From: Paludibacteraceae bacterium
Lineage (GTDB): Bacteria; Bacteroidota; Bacteroidia; Bacteroidales; Paludibacteraceae
Assembly: GCA_024693065.1 (NCBI GenBank)
Contig: JAILLP010000030.1
Coordinates: forward strand, 56,722 to 120,721
Reading direction: 5' to 3'
DNA: 64,000 bases
Under the pieces are notes generated by a model. That model saw only the letters and a program-made list of their open reading frames with translations, had not been told where the DNA came from and made no database searches. Made by a program: the position numbers and the translations under genes. Of the stretch, positions 53,412 through 62,827 are shown one piece after another (position 1 is the stretch's first letter; each line of letters opens with the position of its first letter).

Positions 53412-54521
53412 TTATTTAATCTCTCCGATCAAGTTGATGACGAACGTGCTGCGGTTAGGGTCGTTCGTGATCAAAGTCAGTCTTTGGTTGTATTTACCCG
53501 CTTTAGAGTTAGCTGCGTTAACAGTCACGTAAATCTCACCGTCTTTGCCAGTCTTGATTGGTTTTGTTGGCGCTTTAATGGTGAATCCGTTGGCGTCGCA
53601 GTGATAAGAGCGGATGATGAGAGGGTTCTTTCCTGTGTTCTGAACCTTGAATTTGAAGGTCTTGGTCTTGCCAACCTCGATTGGTTCGAGGGAGATGGTG
53701 TTGCCGACCGTTAATACAGGAGCGTCAGCCTTCTCCTCTGCAGTCATGGAAGAGAAATCCTCAGCCACGTTTCCGTAGAGGGTGATGTCGAAGTCAGCAG
53801 GTTTGCCGTTAGCCTTGATCTTCAATGCCTTTTTGAACGTTCCCCAAATGCCAGACTCCTTAGGAGATACAGTAACTTCGATGCTACCTCTTTCGCCTGC
53901 TTTCAAAACTTCAGGGGTCATCTTTGCGGTAGCCAATTTAGGAGACTCGCTCTCGAATGAAACTTTGATGTCCTCCTTGCCGTTGTTGATGACTTCGATG
54001 ATCTCAGTCTTGCTTTGAGGCTTAGCGTTAGCGTTCTTCTTAGCGTTGGCCTCGTCAGAGAAGTAGATGGTGTTGAAATAACAGTTCTTCTTCATCAAGC
54101 GAAGACCGTTCACTTCGAATGGATATTTGTCTTCCACCTTCTGAGCCTTAGGGATCACCTCACCCTTGATGGTCAATCTCTTCTCACCAGCGTTTGATTT
54201 AACGGTGATGGTTTTTGTGAATGAGCCCGGACGTCCGGTAGCGTTATATGTAGCTTTCACAACACCTGTCTCGCCTGGTTTAACTGGCTCTTTCGTCCAA
54301 TCTGGTGTGGTGCAACCACAAGACGCTTTTACACTTTGGAGCACCAAATCTGCTGTTCCGACGTTCTTGAACTCAAATGTACAAGACACTTTGCCGTTCT
54401 CTTCTGGGAAAGTCCCGAAGTCATGGGTAATCTGCTCGAAGTAAATCTCCGGCGCACCATCGGCGAACGCTGCCGCAATACCTGCGAACAATGCGATGAA
54501 AGAAAATAATAGCTTTTTCAT
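53412..54521 (-). CDS. DUF1573 domain protein (large, multi-Ig-like, secreted)
   Basis: 369 aa with a signal peptide. CTFEFKNVGTADLVLQSVKASCGCTTPDWTKEPVKPGETG is the DUF1573 signature, followed by further beta-sandwich-like segments. Confidence 0.75.
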   Translation of the reverse strand: MKKLLFSFIALFAGIAAAFADGAPEIYFEQITHDFGTFPEENGKVSCTFEFKNVGTADLVLQSVKASCGCTTPDWTKEPVKPGETGVVKATYNATGRPGSFTKTITVKSNAGEKRLTIKGEVIPKAQKVEDKYPFEVNGLRLMKKNCYFNTIYFSDEANAKKNANAKPQSKTEIIEVINNGKEDIKVSFESESPKLATAKMTPEVLKAGERGSIEVTVSPKESGIWGTFKKALKIKANGKPADFDITLYGNVAEDFSSMTAEEKADAPVLTVGNTISLEPIEVGKTKTFKFKVQNTGKNPLIIRSYHCDANGFTIKAPTKPIKTGKDGEIYVTVNAANSKAGKYNQRLTLITNDPNRSTFVINLIGEIK

Positions 54522-54722
54522 TTCTTCTTATTTAAATTAATATTCCTATTATCCTATCCGTTTTGAAATGGAACCCCGATGATTCCTATTTCGGAATGCA
54601 AATTTATAAATTTTGGGATATTTTGGTGCTTCCTTCAGGAAATAATCCTTAACAAATCTAAAAATGGGAGATTTTGTTCGCCTTGATTCATCGATTTGCG
54701 AAATTATGTGCGACAGATTTGG

Positions 54723-54730
54723 TATTTTTG
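54723..54730 (+). promoter_or_regulatory. Candidate -7 box (TATTTTTG) for the M23/C69 operon
   Basis: TAnnTTTG match 32 nt upstream of the ATG at 54762. Confidence 0.35.
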
Positions 54731-54761
54731 CATTCGGTTAAAAGTGTAAAGCGTATTAGGA

Positions 54762-56468
54762 ATGAGGAAATTCATTTTTTTGTTGGTTTTTGTGTCTGTG
54801 TATGTGAATTCGTCTGCGCAATTCGGTAATTGGCAGGTATGTTCTCCCGTTGATTTCGAGACCACTCTGAGCGGTAGTTTTGCCGAGATGAGGAGGAACC
54901 ATTTCCATGGCGGTCTGGATTTCAGGACGAACGGGGAGGAGAATAAGCCTATCTATGCGGTGGCGGACGGGTACGTCTCACGTATCTCCATCAGTCGCAC
55001 CGGCTACGGCAAGTGTGTCCACATCGCTCATCCTAACGGTTTCACGACGGTATATGGTCATCTGAACGGCTTTATCCCCCGCATAGATTCGATAGTGAAA
55101 GCTAAACAATATGGCGAAAAGAAGTTTGAGGTCGATATGGATTTCGGACCAGGCGTCATCCCTGTGAAAAAGGGGGAACAGTTCGCTATTTCCGGTAACA
55201 CGGGCGCTTCCGGCGGACCTCACCTACATTTCGAGGTGCGTCGTACTTCGGACCAGGCTTTGCAGAACCCTCTTCTGCTCAATAAATATTTCGGACTTAA
55301 GGATACCCGCGCTCCCCGAATCAATGCGGTGAAAATATATGGTTTGGACGATGAAGGACGGGTGAACGACCAAAAGGAGCAACGCTATAATGTGGTTGTG
55401 AACAAGGCTAAACAACGTGTCTTGAAGAACGGACAGAACATCACGGCCTGGGGAAAACTGGGTTTCGCCGTGAAGGCGGTCGATTTCATGTCGAACACTT
55501 CCTTCAAGTATACGCCTAGAAACCTGAAACTCTATGTGGACAATACGCTGATTTCGGATGTCACCATCACGGACATTAAGTTCAGCGATACGCGTGCTTT
55601 GAATGGTTTCATTGATTATGCGCAACAGGTGTCCACCGGAGAGTTCTTCATGAAGTCTTTCAAGGACAAGAACCTGCCGTTGCATCTCCATGACGGATTG
55701 TCGGGTACCATCTACGTCGACAAGGAGAAGGACTATCACGTGAAGTATGTCGTGACGGACGACTTCGGCAATTCGGACCAGTTCGCCTTCGTCATTCACG
55801 GAAAGAAGACCAGTTGGGAACGGAACACCATACCCGCCGATAGCTTGATCCGTTGCGGTGAGGCTAAGTTTATCGTGAAAGAGGATTTTTGTCTGCAACT
55901 CCCTGATAATGCGATTTATACGGATGTTCCGGAGAATTATTCCAGAACGGCGCCTACTAGGCCTGGCTTCTTCTCTGATATCCATCAGATTGGTTCGTGG
56001 TTTACCCCTGTCCATTGCTTCTGCGACATCTCCCTCCGTGTGACCAATGATTCGTTGGAGGATAAGTCTAAGTACTACATCTCCAAGGTGACAGAAAAGG
56101 GGTTGCCGGCTGGTGCGATTTGCGCTAACTATAACAACGGATATGTGGTCGGTCGCACCAACTCGTTCGGCAAGTTCGCCGTGGCGGCTGATTTGGTGAA
56201 ACCTACGATTCTGCCGGTGCATACGAAGAATATTTCGAACCAACCGTTCCTTCGCCTTAAGATCAATGACGCGCAGTCGGGCATCGCTTCGTATGACGGT
56301 TACATTGACGGCAAGTGGGTGATGTTCGAGTTCGATTATAAGACCCGGCTCATCACGTTCTGGATGGATAGCCATTTGGTCGAGAAAAATAAAAACCATA
56401 CGCTGAAGGTTGTCGTGAAGGATAATTGCGGCAATGAGGCGGAATATGACACTCAATTTTATTGGTGA
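54762..56468 (+). CDS. M23-family metallopeptidase (LytM-type)
   Basis: 568 aa with a signal peptide. HFHGGLDF (HxxxD) and GGPHLHFEV (HxH) zinc-ligand motifs. Confidence 0.85.
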   Translation: MRKFIFLLVFVSVYVNSSAQFGNWQVCSPVDFETTLSGSFAEMRRNHFHGGLDFRTNGEENKPIYAVADGYVSRISISRTGYGKCVHIAHPNGFTTVYGHLNGFIPRIDSIVKAKQYGEKKFEVDMDFGPGVIPVKKGEQFAISGNTGASGGPHLHFEVRRTSDQALQNPLLLNKYFGLKDTRAPRINAVKIYGLDDEGRVNDQKEQRYNVVVNKAKQRVLKNGQNITAWGKLGFAVKAVDFMSNTSFKYTPRNLKLYVDNTLISDVTITDIKFSDTRALNGFIDYAQQVSTGEFFMKSFKDKNLPLHLHDGLSGTIYVDKEKDYHVKYVVTDDFGNSDQFAFVIHGKKTSWERNTIPADSLIRCGEAKFIVKEDFCLQLPDNAIYTDVPENYSRTAPTRPGFFSDIHQIGSWFTPVHCFCDISLRVTNDSLEDKSKYYISKVTEKGLPAGAICANYNNGYVVGRTNSFGKFAVAADLVKPTILPVHTKNISNQPFLRLKINDAQSGIASYDGYIDGKWVMFEFDYKTRLITFWMDSHLVEKNKNHTLKVVVKDNCGNEAEYDTQFYW

Positions 56469-56470
56469 TT

Positions 56471-58126
56471 ATGAATAAGTTTCGTAAAATCGTCGTGTGT
56501 TGCCTCTCCTCCGTGTTGGCGGGGAGCATGAGTCTTTATGCGGGTACGAACGTGATGGTGGGTAAGGCTGCCTCAAAGGATGGTTCCACCTTCTGCACCT
56601 ATTCGGCTGATTCGTACTACCTCTACGGGGAACTCTCCTTCTACCCGGCCACGAGCAATGCCAAGTACATGCAGACGGACATCTACGGGTGGGACACCCA
56701 TAAGTACCAGGGAAAGATAGACGAGGTGTCGGAGACATATGCTGTTCTTGGTAATATCAATGAGCACCAGGTCTGCATCACGGAGTCCACGTTCGGAGGC
56801 CGTAAGGAGTTGCAGGATACTACGGGTATCTTGGATTATGGCAACCTGATCTACGTTACGCTCCAACGCTCTAAGACCGCACAACAGGCCATTCAGGTCA
56901 TGACGGAGTTGGTGAACCGTTACGGCTATTGCAGCATGGGCGAGACTTTCTCCATCGCGGACCCGAACGAGGTGTGGATCATGGAGATGATCGGGAAGGG
57001 TCCTGATATCAAGGGCGCGGTTTGGGTGGCGCTGCGTGTGCCGGACGACTGCATCTGCGCCCATACGAACCATTCGCGCATTACTACCTTCCCTTTGAAT
57101 GACAGGGAGAACTGCCGCTATTCCAGGGACGTGATTTCTTTCGCGAAGGAGATGGGCTATTTTAATGGCAAGAACAAGGACTTTAGCTTCTCTGCCGCAT
57201 ATGATCCTATGTCGTTCAGCGCCAGACGCTTCTGTGATGCGAGGGTGTGGAGCATCTACCGCAAGGTGAACCCTGACATGGAGAAGTACATCGACTATGT
57301 CTTGGGCAAGTCCGATGAGCCGATGCCTCTGTGGGTGAAGCCTACGAACAAAGTCTCTTTGTTGGAGCTGAAGAACCTGATGCGTGACCATTTCGAGAAC
57401 TCCCCGCTGGCTTTGACGGAGGATGTGGGCGCCGAGCCTTTCGGGGCGGACTACCGCTTTGAGCCTAGGTTCTGGGAACTGAACGGCCAGACTTACTTCA
57501 ACGAGTCGCCTATCGCTGGTCCGAAGAACGCCTTCTCGTTCGTTGCCCAGATGCGCAGTTGGTTGCCGGGCAAGATCGGTGGCGTGCTATGGTTCGGTGT
57601 GGACGATGCGACCTTCACGGTCTATGTGCCGATCTATTGCGGCACGACGGAGGTGCCTAATTGTTTCAAAACAGGTAATGGTAGCTTGCTGGAGTTCTCA
57701 TGGGACTCCGCCTACTGGGTCTTCAATTGGGTCTCCAATATGGCTTACGGCAAGTATAAGTATATGGCCCCTGATATCCGCAAAGTGCAGGCTGAGTTTG
57801 AGCAGAAGCTGGAGGATAACCTGCAGGTGGTGGAGGAGGCTGCGCAGTCCCTTTTCAAGAAATCTCCTGATTACGCGAACCGTTTCCTTACGGAGTATTC
57901 GGAGAACCAGAGCGTGCTGATGATGCGCCAATGGAAGGCTTTGGGCGAATTCCTCATGGTGAAGTATGCCGATGGAAACATCAAGCGTGAAAGGAATGGT
58001 AGGTTCATTGACAATGGATGGGGCGTGCCGGATGATATCCAAACGCCTGGCTATTCGAAGAGCTACTACCAGCGTGTTGTCGACGAAACAGGCGATAAGT
58101 TCAAGGTGAACGAGACGGAGAAATAA
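56471..58126 (+). CDS. C69-family dipeptidase homologue with Gly in place of the N-terminal nucleophile Cys
   Basis: Start at the ATG at 56471. The sequence after the signal peptide, AGTNVMVGKAASKDGS, aligns to the C69 hallmark (A/E)CT(N/T).(I/L)VGK.AS.DGS. Strong family-like blocks follow (FSIADPNEVWIMEMIGKGP). Confidence 0.8.
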   Translation: MNKFRKIVVCCLSSVLAGSMSLYAGTNVMVGKAASKDGSTFCTYSADSYYLYGELSFYPATSNAKYMQTDIYGWDTHKYQGKIDEVSETYAVLGNINEHQVCITESTFGGRKELQDTTGILDYGNLIYVTLQRSKTAQQAIQVMTELVNRYGYCSMGETFSIADPNEVWIMEMIGKGPDIKGAVWVALRVPDDCICAHTNHSRITTFPLNDRENCRYSRDVISFAKEMGYFNGKNKDFSFSAAYDPMSFSARRFCDARVWSIYRKVNPDMEKYIDYVLGKSDEPMPLWVKPTNKVSLLELKNLMRDHFENSPLALTEDVGAEPFGADYRFEPRFWELNGQTYFNESPIAGPKNAFSFVAQMRSWLPGKIGGVLWFGVDDATFTVYVPIYCGTTEVPNCFKTGNGSLLEFSWDSAYWVFNWVSNMAYGKYKYMAPDIRKVQAEFEQKLEDNLQVVEEAAQSLFKKSPDYANRFLTEYSENQSVLMMRQWKALGEFLMVKYADGNIKRERNGRFIDNGWGVPDDIQTPGYSKSYYQRVVDETGDKFKVNETEK

Positions 58127-58142
58127 TTCTCTGGCGTTCACC

Positions 58143-58673
58143 TTAATCCTTTATTTTTTCCAGCCTGGACATTGGAATCTCCAGGGAACAGGCGATGAGG
58201 CCAGTGAGGCGGACGACGACCTTCTTTTTGTTCTCCACCCTGATGAGCTCGCCTTCCACGCCAGCCATCGGTCCACGCACGATGCGCACTTTTGTGCCTG
58301 GAATGTAGATGAGTTCCTCGTCTATCTGTAATTCATCATCGTTTGAGCATAGGAACTTCATGAAGTTCTCCATCTCGTGGGATGGAACGGTCATGACTTC
58401 ATGTCTGACCAGTGTCGTGTTGATGGCGAAACGAATGGGCACCCCTCGCTCGTTGGGCAAGGAGAGTGCGGTCGCCTTGTCGGTGTGGAGGAATATGATG
58501 CCGGGAATCAATACCACTTCCACCTTTTTGCGACGGTCGTGCCATTGGCGCATTTCCTCCTTGACGGGTAGGTATGCCTCTATCCCCATCTCCTCCACAA
58601 TCTGCCTGATCTTTTTCTCTTGCCTTGATCTGGTTCTTGCCACGAACCAATGGATTTCCTGGTTGCTTGCCAT
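58143..58673 (-). CDS. UpxY-family (NusG-like) transcription antiterminator
   Basis: Start placed at 58673 (MASNQEIHWFVARTRSRQEKK). NGN domain, then a KOW-like GTKVRIVRGPMAGVEGELI. Confidence 0.75.
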   Translation of the reverse strand: MASNQEIHWFVARTRSRQEKKIRQIVEEMGIEAYLPVKEEMRQWHDRRKKVEVVLIPGIIFLHTDKATALSLPNERGVPIRFAINTTLVRHEVMTVPSHEMENFMKFLCSNDDELQIDEELIYIPGTKVRIVRGPMAGVEGELIRVENKKKVVVRLTGLIACSLEIPMSRLEKIKD

Positions 58674-58776
58674 CTCTTTACTATTGTTTTTGCAGGGGGA
58701 TATGTGCCTTTCCCACCGTTGCATGCGCGAAGATAACTTTTTTTCCTTGTAATAGGGAAACAAATGCTTTTTGTTA

Positions 58777-58784
58777 TAATTTTG
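58777..58784 (+). promoter_or_regulatory. Candidate -7 box (TAATTTTG) for the small radical SAM gene
   Basis: TAnnTTTG match 25 nt upstream of the ATG at 58809. Confidence 0.4.
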
Positions 58785-58808
58785 CTAATCATAAAAGAAT
58801 TTTCACGT

Positions 58809-59429
58809 ATGCAGTCTGTGAAGTTTATCGGTGTGGCCAGACATCGTCTGACGGTGGATGGTGAGGGTGTCACTACCTTGGCGGCCTTCTGGGGCTGTCC
58901 GCTCAGGTGTGCCTATTGCCTGAATCCTCAGTGTAACCGTGCCGATGCCTATTTGGTCATGCATACTCCCCAATCGTTGTACGAATACGTGAAGATTGAC
59001 CAACTTTATTTCCTGGCGACCGGCGGAGGAGTCACCTTTGGCGGTGGCGAGCCTCTGCTGAATGTGGAGTTCATCCGTTCGTTCAGGGAGTTGTGTGGTC
59101 CGCATTGGAACCTCACGCTGGAGACCTCGTTGAACGTGCCTAGCGCACTTTTCGAGAAGTCTGTGGATGTGGTGGACCATTATATGGTCGACGTCAAGGA
59201 TATGAATGAGGCGATTTATAAGGCATACACGGGGCAGGAGGCTACACAGATGCTCTCCAATCTGCGCCGCTTGGCGGACTTGGGACTGCAGGAACGTGTC
59301 GTTGTCAGACTCCCTCTGATCGAGCATTATAATACCGAGGCGGATGTGGAGAAAAGCGCGGAACGCCTGACTGCCATGGGCTTCACCCATCTGGACCGGT
59401 TTAAGTATAAAACGGATATCGAGAAGTGA
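58809..59429 (+). CDS. Small radical SAM protein (glycyl-radical-enzyme-activase-like)
   Basis: Start at the ATG at 58809. GEGVTTLAAFWGCPLRCAYCLNP (CX3CX2C) and GGGVTFGGGEPLL resemble the PflA/NrdG-type activase family. No substrate gene is adjacent. Confidence 0.7.
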   Translation: MQSVKFIGVARHRLTVDGEGVTTLAAFWGCPLRCAYCLNPQCNRADAYLVMHTPQSLYEYVKIDQLYFLATGGGVTFGGGEPLLNVEFIRSFRELCGPHWNLTLETSLNVPSALFEKSVDVVDHYMVDVKDMNEAIYKAYTGQEATQMLSNLRRLADLGLQERVVVRLPLIEHYNTEADVEKSAERLTAMGFTHLDRFKYKTDIEK

Positions 59430-59533
59430 TATTATTTCTAAATGTCTGCTAATTAGTTGTTTGTGTTGTCGAAAATGTCTCCGGATAGAATCTTCTTAAA
59501 TTTATAATCAACAACACCGAACCGTTATCCACC

Positions 59534-59580
59534 CTTAACTCATCATTCTTAACTTTTAATTCTTAATTCTTAATTCATAA
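59534..59580. repeat. CTTAACTCATCATT followed by degenerate TTCTTAA repeats
   Basis: 59534-59547 differs at one position from the 14-mer tandem at 8403-8430, followed by CTTAACTTTTAATTCTTAATTCTTAATTCATAA. Confidence 0.75.
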
Positions 59581-59678
59581 ATCTCCTCCTTCCCTTTTTG
59601 TATGGAAAAAATATTTATCTTTATGCGCCGTTTTCTTACGGGTTTTTAAGGTAAGTGTTTCTGTTAAACAGATAAAAT

Positions 59679-62600
59679 ATGATGAAAAACACAAAAGGCC
59701 TATTGCGCCGCATCGTTCCGTTTCTAATGCTCCTTGGGGCTTCGTTGGCTTCCTTCGCACAGGAGAAGGCTTATTCCGCGTATCTATTCGCCTATTTCAA
59801 GGGCGAGGGGCTCTCTCAGGGTGAACAGATCTATTTCGCTGTGAGCCGGGATGGTCTACATTGGACCGACCTCAATGATGGTAATCCGGTCTTGGTCTCC
59901 ACCATGGGCGAGAAGGGTCTGCGCGACCCTTTCATCATGCGCTCGGCGGACGGAGAAAAATTCTATGTCATAGCTACAGACTTGAAAATCAATGGTAATG
60001 GTAATTGGTCGGCCGCACAGACCACGGGTAGCAAGTCTATCATGGTGTGGGAATCCTCCGACTTGGTCCATTGGTCGGAACAGCGCATGTGCCGTGTCGC
60101 ACCTGATGGTGCGGGTTGCACATGGGCGCCCGAGGCGGTCTACGATGATGCGAGCGGACAATACTTGGTCTTCTGGTCTTCCAAGATCCCTTCGGGCGAT
60201 AACACGCACCGTGTCTACTATTGCACGACCAAGGATTTCAAGACATTCAGCGAGGCGAAGGTGTGGATCGAGCTGAAGAATAGTTCCAACAGAGTCATCA
60301 GTGTGATCGATGCGACGGCCATCAAGGTGGGCGATACCTACTATCGTTTCAAGAAGAACGAGGCTACGGAACCGCATAGGAATGGGTTGCCTTCGGGCGG
60401 TAAATATATCATCATGGAGAAGTCCAACTCGCTTTTGGGCAATTGGACGGAGATCAGCAGCGACATGAGCTCCCTCTCGGGCGTTGAAGGTCCTACCTGC
60501 TTCAAGTTCAATAACGAGGAGAAATGGTGCCTCCTGCTGGACGATTTCGGGGGGAAGGGGTACTTCCCGCTGGTGACGAGCGATTTGTCTTCCGGACGGT
60601 TCTCCCAACTCAATTCCAGCCAATATTCTTTCCCTTCGGTCATGCGCCATGGCTCGGTCATCAACCTGACGGAGGACGAGTATTTCGGGCTTTTGGCTAA
60701 ATACGACCCTAACCTGATGACGACGGTGAGCCTCAATCCGGCCTCGAAGCAACAGACGTTGGAGGGCTGGGGCGTCTCCCTCTGCTGGTGGGCGAATATG
60801 TGCGGCAAATGGAACGATAGCAAGGTGGACGAGCTGGTGAAGCTCCTGACGGACAAGGATGGTCTGAATTATAATATCTTCCGCTACAATATCGGTGGAG
60901 GGGATGATCCTTCCCACTACAACGGTCACATGTGCAACGGAAAGGGCAAACGGGCCGAGATGGACGGATTCAAGGCGAGCGCCAACTCCGGCTATGACTG
61001 GAGTAAGGACCCCGGACAGCGTAAGGTGCTGGAGAAGATTCACAAGGCTAGGCCGGACGCTATCTTCGAGGCGTTCTCTAACTCCGCCCCTTACTGGATG
61101 ACCTACAGCGGATGCTCTTCGGGCCATTCCAATGCCTCTTCGGACAACCTCAAGCCTGAGTATTACGAGCAGTTCTGCGACTACCTTATTGAGGTCTGCA
61201 AACACTTCAAGAGCGAGTATGGCGTGGAGTTCAAAACATTGGATCCTTTCAATGAGCCGAACACCAACTACTGGGGCGCCAACGGTGGCCAGGAGGGCTG
61301 CCACTTCGACCCGTCTTCGCAGGTGAAACTGTTGCGGGTGCTCTATCCTAAACTGAAGCAATCGGGCCTGAAGACGGTTATCTCCGCCTGCGATGAGACG
61401 AACGTGAACACCGCCATCGACGAACTGAAGCGCTATCGGAAGGAGGGCGACATCATAGGCATGTTGGGACAGTTCAATGTGCATACGTATGGCGGAAACA
61501 CCATGGATCGAATCAATCTGAAGGACTTGGTGCGTGAGTCGGGCCTCCCTTTGTGGATGTCCGAAACGGGTGCCGGGGGTACGGGCATACAGGGCAATCT
61601 CTCTTTGGCGCAACGCATGTTCGACGACCTGAACTATCTGTTGCCGCAGGCTTGGGTGGACTGGCAGTTCGTGGAGGAGGGCAATGACCAATGGTGCCTC
61701 GTGAAAGGTGATTTCTCAAGACAGAGCTACTCCATCGTGAAGAATTATTACGTCCGTATGCAGGTGACCCGCTTCATCAAACAGGGCTATAGCTTGCTCT
61801 CCACGGGACGTGGCGACATCTTGGCGGCTGTGAGTCCTGACGGGAAGGAGGTGGTTGTCGTGATGCTGAACACGGGGACCAACACGAAGCTGGTGAATGT
61901 GGACCTCACCTTGCTGAAGAACGTCTCCTCTGACGTGAAACTCTATGTGACCAACTCGAAGCAGAATTGCCAGGAATCCTCCAACTATACGGTTGATAGC
62001 GAGACGTTCAGCTACGTGATGGGAGGGGAGGAGATAGCCACGGCTGTCTTCAGCGTCTCTCCTAATGAGGGAATTACCGGGCTTAACCCTGAGGCTGCGT
62101 ACATGATCGTTCCCCGTGCCGCTTCAGGGGTGCTTTCCGCCGAGTCTTCGGAGAACCTGAAACTGGCTATTCTTTCTGCGGGCGATTCCCTGCAGTGCTG
62201 GCGTTTCCGACGCTTGTCGAACGGTAACTATCAGATATACACACGAAAGAATGGCAAGGATATGGCCATCACAGACGATGGCTCCTACTACCTCCAGCTG
62301 ACAGAGCTGAGGACGGGCAATGCCTCGCAGGAGTTCCGTTTGGTGGAACATGGAGAGAACTGTTACACAATCATCTCCGCTTCCGATGATAAATGGTTCG
62401 ATCTGGAGGGCGTTAACACTTCCAACGGTACGAATGTTGGTGTCTGGGAAGCCGGTGGAGCAGGGGAGAACGCACACCGTGAGTGGCGGATCATACCGTT
62501 CCCTTATGCGAATGCCGCCATGATGGACCCTACCTCTCTTCCTGAAGGAACCGTTGCCAATGCTCCGCTTGTCTATGCCTATGGCGAGGCGGATGGCTTG

Positions 62601-62783
62601 CGGGTAGTGAATTTCTCTTCCTCGAAGATAAACCTCCGTGTCTACAATATGGGCGGTCTATGCGAGCGTACGCTGAATGGCCTTTCGGATGCCTTTGTCT
62701 CTGTCCCGTTGCCTAAGGGACCATACATTGTGGTCTATGAGGTGGAGGGGGGAAAGGGCACGACCAAGGTGCTCGTGAAGTAA
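59679..62783 (+). CDS. Multidomain glycoside hydrolase: GH43 + GH30 + ricin-type beta-trefoil + T9SS CTD
   Basis: Signal peptide. GH43 motifs LRDPFIMR, TWAPEAVYD and VEGPTCFKF. GH30-like LEGWGVSLCWWAN, acid/base DPFNEPN and nucleophile LWMSETG. Trefoil-like QCWRF...QEFRLV...REWRIIP. C-terminal LVYAYGEADGLRVVNF...LPKGPYIVVYEV...KVLVK. Confidence 0.8.
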   Translation: MMKNTKGLLRRIVPFLMLLGASLASFAQEKAYSAYLFAYFKGEGLSQGEQIYFAVSRDGLHWTDLNDGNPVLVSTMGEKGLRDPFIMRSADGEKFYVIATDLKINGNGNWSAAQTTGSKSIMVWESSDLVHWSEQRMCRVAPDGAGCTWAPEAVYDDASGQYLVFWSSKIPSGDNTHRVYYCTTKDFKTFSEAKVWIELKNSSNRVISVIDATAIKVGDTYYRFKKNEATEPHRNGLPSGGKYIIMEKSNSLLGNWTEISSDMSSLSGVEGPTCFKFNNEEKWCLLLDDFGGKGYFPLVTSDLSSGRFSQLNSSQYSFPSVMRHGSVINLTEDEYFGLLAKYDPNLMTTVSLNPASKQQTLEGWGVSLCWWANMCGKWNDSKVDELVKLLTDKDGLNYNIFRYNIGGGDDPSHYNGHMCNGKGKRAEMDGFKASANSGYDWSKDPGQRKVLEKIHKARPDAIFEAFSNSAPYWMTYSGCSSGHSNASSDNLKPEYYEQFCDYLIEVCKHFKSEYGVEFKTLDPFNEPNTNYWGANGGQEGCHFDPSSQVKLLRVLYPKLKQSGLKTVISACDETNVNTAIDELKRYRKEGDIIGMLGQFNVHTYGGNTMDRINLKDLVRESGLPLWMSETGAGGTGIQGNLSLAQRMFDDLNYLLPQAWVDWQFVEEGNDQWCLVKGDFSRQSYSIVKNYYVRMQVTRFIKQGYSLLSTGRGDILAAVSPDGKEVVVVMLNTGTNTKLVNVDLTLLKNVSSDVKLYVTNSKQNCQESSNYTVDSETFSYVMGGEEIATAVFSVSPNEGITGLNPEAAYMIVPRAASGVLSAESSENLKLAILSAGDSLQCWRFRRLSNGNYQIYTRKNGKDMAITDDGSYYLQLTELRTGNASQEFRLVEHGENCYTIISASDDKWFDLEGVNTSNGTNVGVWEAGGAGENAHREWRIIPFPYANAAMMDPTSLPEGTVANAPLVYAYGEADGLRVVNFSSSKINLRVYNMGGLCERTLNGLSDAFVSVPLPKGPYIVVYEVEGGKGTTKVLVK

Positions 62784-62827
62784 TGTGCTTGTAATTAAGT
62801 TTTTATAGAATATTCAAGGTTTAAGTT

